A stretch of 64,000 bases of DNA, taken from assembly GCF_006345805.1 (NCBI RefSeq), contig NC_043008.1:5952001-6016000 (forward strand), given 5' to 3'. Of the stretch, positions 62,011 to 64,000 are shown one piece after another. Position numbers and translations under genes: made by a program. The notes beneath the pieces are model-generated. The model worked only from the letters and a program-made list of their open reading frames with translations, was not told where the DNA came from and did no database searches. The number at the start of each line of letters is the position of its first letter. Within the stretch, counting starts at the first letter, position 1. This DNA is from Octopus sinensis (lineage: Eukaryota).

Positions 62011-62452
62011 GATTTCAAATTTTGGCACAAGGCCAGCAATTTTGGAGGCAGGTGATAAGTTGATCACGTTGATCCCAGTCCAACCGGTACTTATTTTATT
62101 GACCCCGAAAGGATGAAAGGCAAAGTCAACCTGAGTGGAATTTGAACTCAGAATGTGAGGATGAATGAAATGCTGCTAAGCAGTTTGCCTGGCATGCTAA
62201 TGATTCTACCAGCTTGCCACCTTACAACAGCAACAATATTCTTTTCTACTCTGGGCACAAGGCCGTAAATTTTTGGAGAGGGGCCAGTCGATTAGATCGA
62301 CCCCAGTACGCAACTTGTACTTAATTTATTGATCCTGAAAGGATGAAAGGCAAAGTTGACCTCATTGGAACTTGAACTCAGAACGTAAAGACAGACAAAA
62401 CACCACTAAGCATTTCACCTGGCATTTTAATGCTTCTGCTAGCTCACCGCCT
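62011..62452 (-). mobile_element. two tandem SINE family D copies
   Basis: 62011-62224 and 62241-62452. Confidence 0.8.
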
Positions 62453-62464
62453 CACAGCAGCAAC

Positions 62465-62662
62465 AGCCGTTCAAGAATTTGGACCTGGAGATCTCCATTT
62501 CCAGCGACTTCGAGGGCCACCTCCCAGTGGTGCCGGGTGTCAACGAAGAGCCCTCGACTACAAGATGACCAAAGTTTTTTTTTTCCAAGGTCTGGGGTCT
62601 CCTTCCCCTAAGCCCTAGACCATCACCTGATCACCCTTACCCACCGTCTTTGTTGCTTAACA
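62465..62662. repeat. unclassified GC-rich interspersed segment between (CAA/CAG)n runs, probably a retroelement 3' end
   Basis: Sharp GC shift in AT-rich DNA, microsatellite flanks, internal stem-loops; family not recognised. Confidence 0.35.
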
Positions 62663-64000
62663 ACAACAACAGCAGCAACAATATTAAAATCCTGCTAGTA
62701 CAAGTTTTCCATCTGTCTCTAAAATGGTTGGTTCCAGCATAATTTTATATCACGTAAGAGGCTACATTTGGTCATTCATAAACATATGGTCTTCTTTTAT
62801 GATTCCATTTTGTATTGTGTAAAGCCATGTAGAAAAGATTGGAGCATTTTTTGCAATAACGGAATACAAAATACAAACCTAGGAAGAGAAAATGGTGCAG
62901 CAATAACTGAATCATTTTTTTAAAATTAACTTTTGCTAATTCATTAATGAAACGAAATCCTTCTGATGATAAATAGCAAACAAAAACTTGTTGTTTAATG
63001 AAATATTGTTGAGACAAAATAGCAAAAAAAATGGATCTTCAAGAAAAAAAGGCATTTGATGGAAATGATGCAAAAACAGAACAATAGAAATGACAAAAAG
63101 CTGCAAATGAAACACATGCATGTGTCTGTGTGTGTACATGCATGTGTGTGTGTATGTGCATGCGTGTGTGTGTGTGTAAAGGAAGAATACATTGGCAAAA
63201 GAAGCAGAAATAAGTAGCAAGTTATCTCATGAAACAAAAGTAGACATGATTCTTTTAAACCTTGGCTTGTATTGTCGAGTCATTTAATAAAACAGTTCTT
63301 TATATCCTCAAATCCAGCCTAAATTCCTAAACAGTTCATGCTTTTGAGATTCCACTTCCCAAACCCGAATGATATTTCTCTTTGAAAAACTGTGTATTGT
63401 TAGAAATGTTTTCTCTAGTTCCTACAGTTCACTTATAACAAAATCACATATTCCATCACCATTAATCCCCATTTTCAGTAATCAATTTAAAAGCTTCCAT
63501 GGGTTGTGTACTCAGCCACCTTGATAGCTTCATATATATAACATTCTATTGAAGTAGGATAAATCTGAAGGGAATACATTTTCAAGGTAGGTTTAAATAA
63601 TCAAATAATGTATTTGCGAAGAGTGTGAAGTGCTTACTGGAAAATTGTTAGTCTAAGGATCAGGAAAATCTAAATTCTTTTATTTTACGTCATCTCTGAT
63701 GTGATATTAAATTATTTCCTCAACATGGTTTCCTACTCCACAGAAATGTCAAAACTTCACAACTGAACAAAATATTTGCCATTTACACAATCATTTCTGC
63801 TACCCATTAGTGTGAAGCAAAAGTTATCACTATATCTGCTAAAAGTGAAACTATTCTTCCTCTCACTGCATTAACCATTTTCTATTTCAATTAATAATTT
63901 TTATTTTGATTAATTAGGACACTGACGCATCAGACCATTTGATCTTCTTGTTTCGGTTGCCACCAGTTTGTTTGGTTGAGTAAAATGTCATTCAAAAATG

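Overview
AT-rich, microsatellite-dense eukaryotic non-coding DNA (intronic or intergenic). Its repeat families look like those of an octopod cephalopod; this is recognition from memory, not a search result. I found no supportable host protein-coding gene, and most short ORFs in the track are translations of (TA)n/(CA)n/(AAT)n repeats. The window is a mosaic of mobile elements. (1) A full-length ~4.6 kb CR1-clade LINE (30.48-35.10 kb, minus) has an unusual ORF1 (Myb/SANT-like domain, polyQ, two C-x8-C-x4-C-x3-H fingers). Its ~1000-aa ORF2 is broken only by single-base frameshifts. (2) Many RTE-clade LINE fragments are present, two with a tandemly amplified ~340-bp 3' end (20.5-22.3 kb; 55.5-58.4 kb). 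(3) Several tRNA-derived SINE families, piggyBac-type MITEs, and remnants of a Tc1/mariner transposase, a restriction-like endonuclease and a Penelope RT/GIY-YIG ORF occur. The main hidden signal is a set of minimal type I hammerhead ribozyme motifs from at least four sequence families. One family is a composite element, tRNA-like Pol III head + (AAT)n + hammerhead tail, found twice as a head-to-head inverted dimer (6.25-6.71 kb; 38.15-38.66 kb). It looks like a Penelope-dependent, ribozyme-carrying SINE.
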